A program made the position numbers and the translations under genes. Positions 23,941 to 37,329 of a stretch of DNA of 64,000 nucleotides are shown here, one piece after another. The notes below the pieces were generated by a model. It did not search any database. It saw nothing but the letters and a program-made list of their open reading frames with translations, and was not told where the DNA came from. Source of the stretch: Octopus sinensis (Eukaryota); contig NC_042998.1 of assembly GCF_006345805.1 (NCBI RefSeq), forward strand, positions 24,056,001 to 24,120,000. Reading direction: 5' to 3'. Numbering within the stretch: position 1 is the stretch's first letter; every line of letters begins with the position of its first letter.

Positions 23941-25552
23941 TTATATTATTCAGCAAGATGGAGCTCCTCCACATTATGCGTTGACAGTAAGGGCCTACAT
24001 TAACCAAGCGTTTCCAGAGTGTTGGTTTGGGAGATGGGGGCAGCATTGAATGGCCACCATGTTCACCTGACCTGACACCAATGGATTTCTTTTTTGGGGG
24101 GTGTTGTAAAGAACAAGGTTTATGAGAAGAATCCCAAAACAGTAAATGAATTAAAAAAGGATTACATTTCTGATGCATTCATTGAAATTGATGGAGATCG
24201 GAATTTGTGCCGCACTGTGTGTCAGAGTGTTCTCAAGAGGTTTGAAGAATGTTGCAATGTTGAAGGAGGACATTTTGAGCATCTGAGAGATAAAGCATTG
24301 TCTGTTTAAGATGTTCATAAACGATATGATTGTAAGATAGAAATTTAAATGTAATAAAAAGTTTTCAAAGAAATTTAAAATGCCTACGTGATAGGTGTAA
24401 GCCTACTTTTGGCCACCCTGTATATGCACCCAGTACACACTGTAAAGTGGTTGAGAATGGAAAGAGCGTCCAAACCAGATGATGTGTATGAGCACCAGTC
24501 TGTGTCAGTAGTGGTTCCCAAGGAAAAAAGGGAAACTGACTCAGACCATGTCAAGTCAAGGACTACAATTACAATGATGATGATGATGATGATAGTTACA
24601 CACACACATACACACACACATTGCATATACGTCCAAAGGCTCTTTAGTTATGGGTGAACATGGATTTTTCTGCTGCATGCATATACATGGGTAAACATGG
24701 TAGTGGTGATGGTGATTATGATGATAATGATGATGATGATGATGATAGTGATGATGGTTACACACACACACACACACATTGTATATACATCCAAAGGCTC
24801 TTTGGTTATGGGTGAACATGGAGTTTTCTGCTACCTGAAAAGTTTCTCTTCATGGTGCAAGCCTTGATAAGGTTTCTCTCAAAGGCCAGTAGCTTTCCAT
24901 GGATAGAATATCAAATGAATTAAGATGTCCAAGGGAAATACAAAGCCATCCAAATACTTGACGCAGTATCATTGCAAGCATGGCTGAAAATGATGATTAT
25001 ATACATTGTATAAAACCAATCAAATGACATATGATTCCTCTATTAATAGGAATTTACTTGTCAAAGACCTGGATAATGTCAGGTTGTTGATTGAAAAAGG
25101 AAGTTTGTTATGTTATTTGACCAGCAGCAGTCATAGATAAAAAAATAAAAAATTACTGACCTGTTTTGATATCAGCATGGAAGCTCAACTCAATTGAAGT
25201 AGATTTATGTGGGATATATATATATATATATATATACACAACAACCTCGAACCCACAAGTGTTAACAAGAGAGACAGAGAAAGGCAGAAACAAGGAAAAT
25301 GCCACTTATATTTGAACACTATACAAATATTCTTTTAAAAAAACTTTTCTTTTAATTTTTCTAAATTTAATTATTTAATCGTTACAGTTGAAAAGGTCTC
25401 AAATGACTGAAACCGGTACTGAAATATTCTTTAAAATTATTTTAGCATTTTCTATTTTGACTTGTTTTTTCATATATATATATATATTGATAAAAATGGT
25501 AAGACAACAAAAGAATGAAAGAGACCTCAATATTATGTAAAGGGAAGAATTT

Positions 25553-25714
25553 ATCTGTAAATGTAATATGTGACAATTATTCGGTAGCCATGATAGCATT
25601 TTTCCGATGGTTGGATAACTGAAGAGATGGTGGCATGGATTTCCACCTCGGCATCCAAAACTCAGAGTTTTATTATCATGGCTACCAAATAATTGTCACA
25701 TATGACATTTACAG

Positions 25715-25716
<2 letters not shown>
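25553..25716. mobile_element. MITE-like element with 43-bp TIRs
   Basis: atctgtaaatgtaatatgtgacaattattcggtagccatgata vs the reverse complement of 25674-25716: 41/43 identical. Confidence 0.75.
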
Positions 25717-25745
<29 letters not shown>

Positions 25746-26229
25746 ACCTACTTAAAATTAAAAATCATACTATCTTAAGAGAGAGCTATGTTAAAAATTT
25801 TTCTTTTTTTTTCCAGCAAATGAACTTATTGTCACTTGATGCTGAGCAGATGAACAGACAAGGAACTGTTAACTTCCAGGACCAAACAGTTCTGTTACCA
25901 AACTTTTGCAATCATCTGTGATTGTGGCATGCACAGATGAGATGTTTCAGCTAATGAAAGACCTGTGTAACTAAAACCCAAGCCAGACATTTATGCTGCA
26001 TTGCTTGATCAGGATGTTTCTTTGACATGGAAGAATTGCATTTCTCTGGTCAAGATGCCTGACCAGATAATGCTGCTGCTGATGATGAGGATATCTAAGA
26101 TGATGGCCTATTGGAATTTAATAGTTTTAACTCATGAAGTAGAGATGAAACGAGAAAAGATTTAAACACCTATTTTTTAAAATTGGAAACTAAGTTGAAA
26201 ATTGTTAACTTCTTAGATATTACTGTATA

Positions 26230-26474
26230 TACTCTACTCTTTTACTATTTTACTCTTTTACTTGTTTCAGTCATTTAACTGTAGCCATGCTGGAGCACTG
26301 CCTTTAGTTGAGCAAATCGACCCCAGGACTTATTCTTTGTATGCCTAGTACTTATTCTATCGGTCTCTTTTTGCTGAACTGCTAAGTTACGGGGGCGTAA
26401 ACACACTACCATCGGTTGTCAAGCTATGTTGGAGGGACAAACACAGACACAGAAACATATACACACACATACAC

Positions 26475-26527
<53 letters not shown>

Positions 26528-26707
26528 TATATATATACACACACAACAGACTTCTTTCAGTTTCCGTCTACCAATTCCACTCTCAAGACTTTGGTCACCC
26601 TGAGGCTATAGTAGAAGTCACTTGTCCAAGGTGCCACACAGTGGGACTGAACCCAGAACCATGTGGTTGGTAAGCAAGCTACTTAACACACAGCCACTCC
26701 TACGCCT
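26230..26707 (-). mobile_element. SINE family A, full length
   Basis: Reverse complement of the family A consensus. Confidence 0.9.
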
Positions 26708-27494
26708 CAATAATGGACTTTTTTTGTCTCTTTCAAAACATCTGTGAAGCTTTGTGCCCCAAGAAAATAAATTTCAACCACCCTAGAAATTTATACATAC
26801 AGCTTGGTTAAGAATAGTTCCATTCATATATCCAGTGCTCCTTCAAATGAAACTGTTTCCAATAACCATGTCCCATACAACCATCTGTATACCCCAACCA
26901 ATTTACATAAGGAATAAATGCAACACACTCAGGAACATCACTTAATTTCATGCTCCCCGAAATAAAGAGATATTTTCTCACTTGAGTGAAATGATATTCC
27001 CATTACTAAATAAACACTTCCCTCACTACTATATTTTCTTAAAGTTTTCAACAGCGATACAGTTAAGCTTTCTATACTACTAGACCTATTCTAGCATAAG
27101 TTATAATCTCCAATAATTTAGCAAGGCTTAACACTAACTTGGCTGCTTCTCAAAATATTGACTACAAAGAAACTTATATCTAAATATGAAAAAATCATTA
27201 ATATAAAAGATAAAACTGGAATATCGTAATATTTTTAATAAAACATGTATTAAAGAAAGCTTATTCTCCCATATTTATATGTACTCATTGACCGTTTGCA
27301 TTATCATTGAATATAATATTCCCTGTTTTCTATATCAGACAAGATAGATTTCTTCCAAGCATGTAACTTCAAGTACACATCATTGCTGAGATCCAAGATG
27401 GCTGAAATGTATCAGGCATTCTCACTTGCAACTGCAGGGAAGATTTCTTGTCTCCCTCTCCTCCCATATATTTTGTGTTTCTTTTAACATAGCA

Positions 27495-27895
27495 CATCAT
27501 CATCGTTTAACGTCCGTTTTCCATGCTGGCATGGGTTTGAGGGTTTGACTGGGGTCTGGGAAGCCAGGAGGCTGCGCCCGGCCCAGTCTGATCTGGCAGT
27601 GTTTCTACAGCTGGATGCCCTTCCTAATGCCAACCACTCCGAGAGTGTAGTGGGTGCTTTTTATGTGCCACCTGCACAGGTGCCAGACGAGGCTGGCAAA
27701 CGGCCACGATCGGATGGTGCGTTTCATGTGCCACCAGCATGGGGGCCAGACGAGGCTGGCAAATGGCCACAATCGGATGGTGCCTTTTACATGCCACCAG
27801 CACGGAGGCCACGTTCGGACGGTTCTCTTACGTGCCACCGGCACTGGTATCTCAGCTACAGTTTCCATTGATGTTGAAAGATTTCGATTTTGATT
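27495..27895 (-). mobile_element. RTE 3'-UTR fragment with ~3 array units
   Basis: Same terminal motifs as 3779-4300. Confidence 0.85.
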
Positions 27896-28218
27896 TAGAT
27901 TTCAGACAAAAGCTGTAGTAGCTTGCTGTTAGTGGTGTATATATATGCAAAGTATGGTACACAGAAGGCTATTTCAATTTAATTCTACCTTAATTGCATA
28001 CCCTGGATTTTTATGCAGCTCGATCACTTTTTGCAGTATCAGTGAATGCAGTGAATGCAGTGAATGCTTATTCAGTTTCCTATATCAGATGCAGCAAATT
28101 TCATCTCAGCATGTGGCTGCAAGTATGTTCTTCAGAAGGCCCAAGATTGATAAAATGCCTTTGGAGTTCTTCTTAACCATTCTCAGGACAATTTTTCATC
28201 TCCCTCCACACACACACA

Positions 28219-28264
<46 letters not shown>

Positions 28265-28265
<1 letters not shown>

Positions 28266-28510
28266 TCTTTCAGTCATTTACTTGTTTCACTTATTTCATT
28301 GTGGCCATGCTGAAGCACCACCTTTAGTCAAACAAATTGACCCCAGGACTTATTCTTTGTAAGCCTAGTACTTATTCTATCGGTCACTTTTGCCAAACCA
28401 CTAAGTTACGGGGATGTAAACACACTAACATGGGTTGTCAAGCGATGGTGGGGGACAAACACAGTCATACAAACATATACATACACATATACATATACAT
28501 ACATACATAT
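28265..28510 (-). mobile_element. SINE family A, 3' half
   Basis: Family A tail and body in reverse. Confidence 0.8.
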
Positions 28511-29029
28511 ATACACACACACATATATATAACTCTATATATATAAATATATGTAGATGAAATCTATATATATTTATAAGAGATTTTATCTCTGATCAGA
28601 ACTGTAGTATCTTGCCTATGAATAGTGTATATACAGTAAATACATCAAGTGTGATACATAGATAGTTATTTCATGTATCTATCTATCTGTCTATCTATCT
28701 ACATCACTCTCTCTCTGTCTCTTTCTCTCTGTGTCTACTTTATGAATAATTACATTGATGTAGGTGTTATAATATCACAATAACAATATTTCACAGTTTG
28801 TTATCAGTGCTACTCTAGCATTGAGTCTTTGTGTGTGTGTGTGTGTATGTTTTCAGAAAGTAATTCATAAAAATAAATTTCACAGTAAAGTGTCGAATGA
28901 ATCTTACATGCTGAAAGCAAGAACATTGCTTTATACCTTTTAAATGTCATGCACTTGAATATATATGTAATTATATAGGTATCTATTCGACCTTCTATAC
29001 AGCTTCTCTGTCTAACTATACAGGTATGC

Positions 29030-29199
29030 ATGTTTGTGGGTGACTTTGTGTGTGTGTGTGTGTGTGTGCGTGCATGCATATGTGTGCTCGTGTGTTTGGG
29101 TGTATGTATATATGTATGCATATGTCTGTAAAAATATATACATGTATCTGCAAATATATATATATATGTCTGTAATATATATGTATGTATATACGTATG

Positions 29200-29242
<43 letters not shown>

Positions 29243-29431
29243 ATATATATGTATGTATGTGTATATATGTAAATATAGAAATGTATGTGTATATATATAT
29301 ATATATACACATGTATGTGAATAAAGACATATTTATGTGATATATAAGATACATACATATACATACATGCATATATATGTATATATATATACATGTATGT
29401 ATATGTATATATATATATATGGTGTGGTTAG

Positions 29432-29479
<48 letters not shown>

Positions 29480-29573
29480 ATATGTATATATATATAATAT
29501 ATGGTGTGTGTATATTATATCTATATATACACACATATTATATATGTTTATATTATGCAGTTGTGTGTGTTTG

Positions 29574-29626
<53 letters not shown>

Positions 29627-29855
29627 ATGTAGGTATATGTACATATATACACACATATATGGTTGTATTTGTGTGCATGTATGTATGTATGTATGTATGT
29701 TTGTATGTTTGTATGTATGTATGCATGTATGTATGTATGTATGTATGTATGTATGTATGTATGTGTGCATGTATGTATGTATGTATGTATGTATGTATGT
29801 ATGTATGTATGTATGTATGTATGTGTGCATGTATGTATGTATGTATGTATGTATC
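29030..29855. repeat. Compound (TG)n/(TA)n/(TATG)n tract
   Basis: Direct inspection. Confidence 0.9.
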
Positions 29856-30532
29856 TAGATATCTCGGTGTAAATATACATATATATAAATATAGGTACAT
29901 ACGGTGTCTGCAAAGTGGAATAAATAATTTTGCTAACTTTCTTTCATATTGGTTTCCTGTGCTTTGGCATTGTACAGCAATACATAAATGCATGTGACTG
30001 CGTCTGTGTTCATATATACATATATTGCCATGTTTGCCATCAGTTTTTCAAACAACCAATGAAAGAGCTGCTATGTTGTCACTTAAAATTCTAGAAATAG
30101 CAGCTAAATCTCTCTCTGTAAACATTTTTTAGTGTCTTAAAGAAAGGCAGGACATGTTAATTTGATGTGATAGTTATACACTATCTTTTATCTTGTAGCT
30201 TTTACTTGTTCCAGTTATTAGACCGTGGCCATGCTTGGGCAGCACCTTGAAAATATTTTAACAGAATGGATCAACCCTTGTACTGTTTTAAGCCTGTTTT
30301 TTTTTTCTGTTGGTATCTTTTGCTGAACTGCTAAGTTAATGGAATGTAAACAAAGCAACACTGGTTATCAAGTAGTGGTGGGGGAGAACAAACACAGATA
30401 CAAAGATATATGCAAACACACACATGTAAATGTATCAATATAATGTATACGATAATCCCTCGACTATCGCAGGTATTACGTTCCAAAACACCCTGTGACA
30501 GGTGAAAATCTGCAAATTAGAAACAGTACTGT

Positions 30533-30892
30533 ACTCTCTTTTACTCTCTTTTATTTGTTTCAGTCATTTGACTGCGGCCATGCTGGAGCACCGCCTTTAA
30601 TAGAGCAACTCAACCCCAGGACTTATTCTTTTGTAAGCCCAGTACTTATTCTATCGGTTTCTTTTGCCGAACCGCTAAGTAAAGGGGACATAAACACACC
30701 AGCATCGGTTGTCAAGCAATGCTAGGAGGACAAACACAGACACACAAACACACACACGCATATATATATACATATATATGACGGGCTTCTTTCAGTTTCC
30801 GTCTACCAAATCTACTCACAAGGCTTTGGTCGACCCGAGGCTATAGTAGAAGACACTTGCCCAAGGTGCCACGCAGTGGGACTGAACCCGGA
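30533..30892 (-). mobile_element. SINE family A, 5'-truncated
   Basis: Family A in reverse, inserted in a Tigger/pogo-like remnant (gataatccctcgactatcgc... at ~30450). Confidence 0.85.
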
Positions 30893-31118
30893 ATTTTAAA
30901 AAATTATTTTTGTAATTTGTAAATATTTATATTATTATTAATGCAAAACAACACCACGGAGGAATCGACGTAAGCTTAAATAACTAACCGTGATAGGTGA
31001 AATCAGTGAAGTAGAAACAGAACTGTACCATATACTCTTTTACTTGTTTCAGTCCTTTGACCGTGGCCATGCTGGAGCACCACCTTTAGTCGAGCAAATT
31101 GACCCCAGGACTTATTCT

Positions 31119-31290
31119 TAGCGGTATTTTGTCTGTCTTTATGTTCTGAGTTCAAATTCGCCGAGGTCGACTTTACCTTTCATCCTTTCGGAGTTGATAA
31201 ATTAAGTACCAGTTGCATACTGCGGTCGATCTAATTGACTGGCCCCCTCCCCAAAAATTTCAGGCCTTGTGCCTAGAGTAGAAAAGAATG
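31119..31290 (+). mobile_element. SINE family B variant fused to a family A tail fragment
   Basis: gcggtattttgtctg...ttctgagttcaaattc.ccgaggtcgac...ggccccctccccaaaaatttcaggccttgtgcctagagtagaaaag; directly abuts a reverse family A tail at 31030-31118. Confidence 0.75.
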
Positions 31291-31540
31291 CCAACCATTT
31301 TACAGAATGTACTAGACGCTTTTTATATGGCACCAGCACCAGTGTGTTCTACATGGTACTAGCTCAGGTGCTTTTTATGTGGAATCAGCACAGGTGCATT
31401 TTACTTGAAACCAGCACCAACAAAACAAAAACCTTATTTACATTTGATGGATAGGCTGGAGAGTAAATCAGCCAAAGCGTTATGGTGAGGACATATATCC
31501 ATCCAATGTAAATAACGTAAATAATTCCTTATCTCTATAG

Positions 31541-31606
31541 AACAGGAGTGAGTGGTAGTAAAGGTAGTGATGGCTTTGTACCACTTGAGAGATTAGAGGA
31601 ACAGGG
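31541..31606 (+). other. Candidate 66-bp coding exon of an unknown host gene
   Basis: Acceptor aattccttatctctatAG|, donor GGG|GTATGT, length a multiple of 3, only one open frame (TGVSGSKGSDGFVPLERLEEQG); lies in non-repetitive DNA. No homology recognised. Confidence 0.3.
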
Positions 31607-31819
31607 GTATGTGCCCTGCTGTTGGGTAGATATATGAATACTGAGGTTGAAAAAGAAAGGCGGATGGGTTAGAGATTAAGATAAAGAGAAAGCAGGGAGT
31701 CAGCAATATAAAGGGAGCAATAATGATTTGGTATGCAAGTTCGATTCTGTTGTGGAATTTTTGTTGTTAATGATTTAAAACCCATAAAGAAAGAAAACAA
31801 TTATAAAATAAAATGTTAC

Positions 31820-32200
31820 ATCATCATCATCATCATCATCATTTAGCGTCCGTTTTCCATGCTAGCATGGGTTGGATGGTTCAACTGGGGTCTGTGAAGC
31901 CAGAAGGCTGGCGACGGCCACAAACGGATGGTGCTTTTTACGTGTCATCGGCACGGAGGCCAGTCGGGGCAGCGCTGGCAATCGGATGGTTCACTTACTT
32001 GTTACCGGCACTGGTATCACAGCCGCAATTTCCATTGATGTTGATCGACTTCGATTTTGGTTCTGCTTTCTGATATCTGATTTGATTTTGATTTTCACTT
32101 GCATCAACGGGTCTTCACAAGTGGAGTTTTGTGTCCCAAGAAGGAAAGATATGTATAAGTTGACTGGCTACATACCAGGTAGAGGCCACGGGTTATGGTC
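31820..32200 (-). mobile_element. RTE 3'-UTR fragment with internal deletion
   Basis: (CAT)n tail, ccatgctagcatgggttgga, one array unit, ...tcttcacaagt...ggccacgggttatgg. Confidence 0.8.
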
Positions 32201-32645
32201 TCAAATATTTTTTTAAAAAGTGATAAATGATGATAAAAATGAGTATAATGACTCTCGGGTCTACTTTGGGGATCATAATCTAAATAATGTCTAGAGAAGA
32301 GATTAAGGGATAAAAATGAAAAATTAATTTGAATTTAATTAAAACGAGCATTTTGAAAAGCTTTCTTTTTGCAATGAAATAGCTTTAAACATGCAATGTT
32401 TAAGTAAATTTATATAGAATATATAAATCCTTTGTTGTTTATTTATTTCAGTCATTGGACTGCAGCCATGCTGGGGCATTACTTCAAAGGGTTTTAGTTG
32501 AATGAATTAATCCCTTTACCAATTAAAAAAAAACCTGGTATTTATTTTATCATCCTCTTCCACCTCCCAGCAACATGGGTTGTGCAGCAGTGGGGAGGGA
32601 CAAAACACACAGAAACACATAGATATATATACATACATGCAAACG

Positions 32646-32695
32646 TATCATCATCATCATCATCATCATCATCATTGTCATCATCATCATCATTG

Positions 32696-32736
<41 letters not shown>

Positions 32737-33245
32737 GTAATCATCATCATCGTAATCATCATCATCGTCGTCATCATCATCGTAATCATCATCATCGTAA
32801 TCATCATCATCGTCGTCATCATCATCATTATCATCATCATCATCGTAATCATCATAATCGTAATCATCATCATCATCGTCAATATCATCGTCATCATCAT
32901 CATCTTCATCATCATCATAATCATCATCATCATCGTAATCATCATCATCATCGTAATCATCATCATCATTGTCAATATCATCGTAATCATCATCATCTTC
33001 ATCATCATCATAATCATCATCATCATCGTAATCATCATCATCGTAATCATCATCATCATCGTAATCATCATCATCATCCTCAATATCATCGTAATCATCA
33101 TCATCTTCATCATCATCATAATCATCATCATCATCGTAATCATCATCATCATCATAATCATCATCATCGTAATCATCATCATCATCATCATCATAATCAT
33201 CATCATCATCGTAATCATCATCATCATCATAATCATCATCATCGT

Positions 33246-33285
<40 letters not shown>

Positions 33286-33305
33286 GTAATCATCATCATC
33301 ATCAG
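32646..33305. repeat. (CAT)n array with CGT/AAT interruptions and higher-order structure
   Basis: Direct inspection; source of the poly-H/poly-M pseudo-ORFs. Confidence 0.9.
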
Positions 33306-33378
33306 TTTTCCCATTTCATCATCAGGATTATTATTGTTGTTGTCATTGTTGTTGTCACCATTATTGCTGTTGGTGATT

Positions 33379-33755
33379 TGTTTGTTTGTTTGTTGAGCGA
33401 AGCGGTCTTCATCCCATTAGTGGGAGAAGTCCAAAACGTGTTCCTTTGCTATTCGTAAGACCCACAGAAGAGAAAGCAGGTCAACCCCTGATACCAAGAG
33501 CATTGACGGATGGATGAATGTGCATTCAGGCTCAGCGGTTGCATAGGAAGTCGGGGACAAGAAACAGGAAGAAAGAGTGAGGGAAAGTTGGGGCAAAAAA
33601 GTACAACAGGGGTCGCCACCACCCCCTGCCAGAGCCTCGTGGAGCTTTAGGTGTTTTCGCTCAATAAACACACACAACGCCCAGTCTGGGAACTGAAACC
33701 GCGATCCTCCGACCGCGAGTCTGCTGCCCTAACCACTGGGCCATTGCGCCTCTAC
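33379..33755 (-). mobile_element. tRNA-derived SINE family E, full length
   Basis: Head gaggcgcaatggcccagtggttagggcagcagactcgcggtcgg, (CAAA)n tail; 14-bp TSD tgctgttggtgatt at 33365-33378 and 33756-33769. Confidence 0.9.
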
Positions 33756-34567
33756 TGCTGTTGGTGATTGTGTGTGAGTGTGTGTGTGTGTGTGTAGGGG
33801 TGTAAATCTTCAGACTATCCATGATAGTATAGACATACTATCCAAGATGTATCCCTAATAATAGTGTCTCATTTTTATGATGTTCTGTAATATAAGGAAC
33901 ATTTGGTTGCCATTTCTAGCATGTCAAGTGACCAAGGAGAGACAGTATTATTGGTTTGTTTCAATGAGGATTGTGACATTAAGCATTTGAGCAATCAACC
34001 ATAGAAAGTTTGTATTCACTTGGTTAAGAAGATTCCAAATGCTTCCTTTGGAAGTTTGTTACATATATTGATAGACGAATTTGCTATGTGAAGCGTTCAT
34101 ATATGCAAATATGGTAATATGCATAAAAGTGGATATAGAGGTAAAGTAAAAATGTATGCACTTAACTGTATGTACATATATGTATGTGTATGTGTGTGTG
34201 TGTGTGTGTGGTAGTCGGTGTATACCAACACATATACTTACACACACACACATATATATATATATATAGAAAACACAAGTAACTCTCAGTCCTTGAGTCA
34301 CTCTGTTGCTTTACCAAGAAATCTAATGCTTACAGCTTAGTTTTTTTTCTTGGGGCTGGCCGAGTTGGAGCAAATATCAGAATTGAACAGCCGAAATTTG
34401 CTATGATGATTCGGTGTCTGACTGAAGATTGAAGGCTTCGAATGATTTGTCTGTGTTCCGTGTTCGTCCCTTCCTGTATTTCACGTTCATTATATATAAA
34501 AACATTCATTCTTATATATATATATACATATATAATCAAAATAAGCAACAAGAATGACTCCGGTAAT

Positions 34568-34653
34568 TTGGTACGATCGTTTCGTACTACATCATTTTAT
34601 TAAATGTTGTAAGTATTACAACAGATTTAAGATGCTGAGTACTTATCAGCCAA
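34568..34653 (-). ncRNA. Type I hammerhead-like motif with extended stem II (G8A)
   Basis: UUGG CUGAUAA GUAC[51-nt branch with GUUGUAA/UUACAAC hairpin]GUAC GAAAC GAUC GUA CCAA; palindromic stem III ACGAUCGU. Confidence 0.65.
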
Positions 34654-34864
34654 TTATAGAGGTTTTCCATTAATACAAAAATTTTCAAATCAAATGGCAA
34701 CATTATAGAGAAGGTAGATATATAGACAAAGATGTGAATTTAAATTTTAAGAACATATGAGGTAGTGGAGTCCCTCCACTGACTGATTAAGATTTGGTTG
34801 TTCCAGACTGCTGTAAGGTTATGAGAGGGAGAAGTAAGTTGAAGGAAGCAATAAAGATTTTCTA

Positions 34865-35140
34865 ATTGTCGTCATCATCATCATCATCATCATCATCATT
34901 GTCATCATCATTGTCATCATCATCGGTGTCATCATCATCGGTGTCATCATCATCATCATCATCATCATCACCAACAGCATCATCCCCATTGTTGTCATAG
35001 TCATCCTCATCATCATCATCGTCATCTTCATCATCATCGTCATTATCATTATGATCATCATTGTCATCGCCACCACCACCACCACTACCACCACCACAAC
35101 GACCGCCACTGCCACCGCTATTGCCATCATCATCATCTTC
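34865..35140. repeat. (CAT)n/(CAC)n tract
   Basis: Direct inspection. Confidence 0.9.
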
Positions 35141-35389
35141 TTCTAATCACTTTTCCTTGCTTGCATGGGTTAGATGGATTGTTTTTAAAGTGTTTTTTCT
35201 ATGGCCTGACACCTTCCTATGACCAACTCTTGTCTATTTCCAAGCAAATTTGTATTTCACCATGGCCAGACATATTATTCAAGAAAGAATAAAAACAAGC
35301 AGCATTGCTTGTGTGACAGTGATGCTCATTTACAACAATCACATGATGTCCAGACAAAAGTACACAGAAATATACACACACAGATACAC

Positions 35390-35580
35390 AGACACACAGA
35401 CACACACACACATACGTATATATGACATGCTTCTTTCAGTTTCCATCTTCCAAATCCACTCACGAGCCTTTGGTCAGTCCAGGGCTATAATAGAAGACAC
35501 TTGCCTAAGGTACCATGTAGTGGAACCGAACCCAAGACCAGATGGCTGGGAAGCAAACGCCTTACCCCCACAGCCATCCC
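35390..35580 (-). mobile_element. SINE family A, 5' half
   Basis: ttctttcagtttcc...gaagacacttgcc.aaggt...cacagcca. Confidence 0.8.
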
Positions 35581-36879
35581 TCTCTGCCTATTCGTTTTTA
35601 ACTGCTTCTTATGTAAAGATAAAAAATATATTGATAATGAATTCAATAAAAACTTGATACGTATGCAAAAAGAAAGCAGAAAAGGCAGACGAATTGAAGC
35701 TGAAAGTGACTGAAGGCCTGGAAGTTTACTAAAGATCACACAGTAACATCACTGTAGATTCACAGATCCATTGACGAATAAAAAAAAAATTAAGCAAAGT
35801 TACTAACCATCATATAAAAAAAAATATTTATTAACTTGACATGCTCAAAGTGAAAAGCAAGTAAGTTAATAAACAAAATAGGTAACAAAAACAAACAAAA
35901 GAGGAAGAGAACAGAAAGGAAAGACCCCCACCACCACCGCCACCAGCATCACCATCCCAGTTCTCATGGTGAGCTGCTGAATAGAGTTACCAGTCATTGA
36001 ATGATGACAGGAATATCATAAGAGGGACATGTCTCTCATGTCAGTTCACAGTGTCTGCCTTCCTAGGCTCTGCTGCTGAAGAGGCGATAATCACTCTGAA
36101 GTGGATGCATCCATCAGTCTGGTTGGTTGGACAATGCTGTGAACTGACTCAGTGTATTTACACCTATTTGTCTACAGTGAGAAATTTTCTCACTGACAAC
36201 AGTGCAGTAAATAGTGTTTCCTTATGGGTTCGAATATGCCTCAAACATATTTTGAACTGGTTACAAGTTTGGACAGTTAGAGTGGAATTGAAAATTACGA
36301 CCAGGTCACATAGGGATAGGAAAGCATGCTGCTGCTGATATTTTTTGAAAGTTCATTGTAAATTGTACAAATAAGAAATAATTGAAAAGTGAATACAACA
36401 GCCTTTTGCGCACTTTTAAATTAATAAAATAACTTGTTGCTCTTATGCAAAAGTGTCATAATGTTGCCATACCATTTCTTTTTACATTAGTAATCGTTTC
36501 AGCTTAACAATAATGATTTGTTGGGGGCATGAAATCGTAACTCCATGCATATATGATATTTTCAGTCAGGAATATTTTTGCAAAACTGTCGTATGTGGGG
36601 CTTACTACACTTTAGAAAAGTACCTAAACCATTGTACTCCACTTTGATAATTTTCATATCTTTGCATTTGAAGCAACTGGTGATACAATAGTTTGACCAA
36701 AAGAACCAGCTATTGCCAGTGAAAATAAATATTGAAAAAAAACCGCATTTGGCCAAATTTGGACATGCGACAGTTTAACACAATATCAATGAACTCTTCT
36801 ACTACATAATAGTATTAGCTTTAACATCCAGTCTCAAATCAAGTCTATTGACAATAAGGAAACACTGAAATATATATAT

Positions 36880-37322
36880 ATATCACTGATGTGGCCGATG
36901 ACAGTACCCCCTGATTGGCACTCATGCCAGTGGCATGTAAACAGCACCATTTGAGTGTGATCATTACCAGAGTTGCCTTACTGGCATGTGTACATGAAAA
37001 ACAACATTCGAGCATGGTTGTTGCCAGAGTGGTCATTGCTGGACTGGCTCCTTTGCAGGTATCATGTAAAAGACACTTTCTGAGCATGGTTGTTGCCAGA
37101 ACTGCCTGACTGGCCCTCATGCCAGTGGCACGTAAAAGTACCCACTACACTCTTGGAGTGGTTGGCATTAGGAAGGGCATCCAGCTGTAGAAACTTTATC
37201 AGATCAGATTGGAGCCTGGTGCAGCCATCTGGCTCGCCAGTCTGCAGTCAAATCATCCAACCCATGCCAGCATCGAAAGCAGAGATTAAACAATGACGAC
37301 AATGACGACGATGATGATGATA
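36880..37322 (+). mobile_element. RTE 3'-UTR fragment, older, with degenerate array units
   Basis: atgccagtggca.gtaaa units, cccactacactc..ggagtggttggcattaggaagggcatccagc, GAT tail. Confidence 0.8.
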
Positions 37323-37329
37323 TATATAT

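Larger units (their letters stand above)
23144..24420 (+). mobile_element. Internally deleted Tc1/mariner rosa-type (DD41D) element with two nested SINEs
   Basis: TA|cagggtggcccaaaagaaggttta ... taagcctacttttggccaccctg|TA TIRs; QQDGAPPH...WPPCSPDLTPMDFFFWG with 41 residues between the second and third D. Confidence 0.85.
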
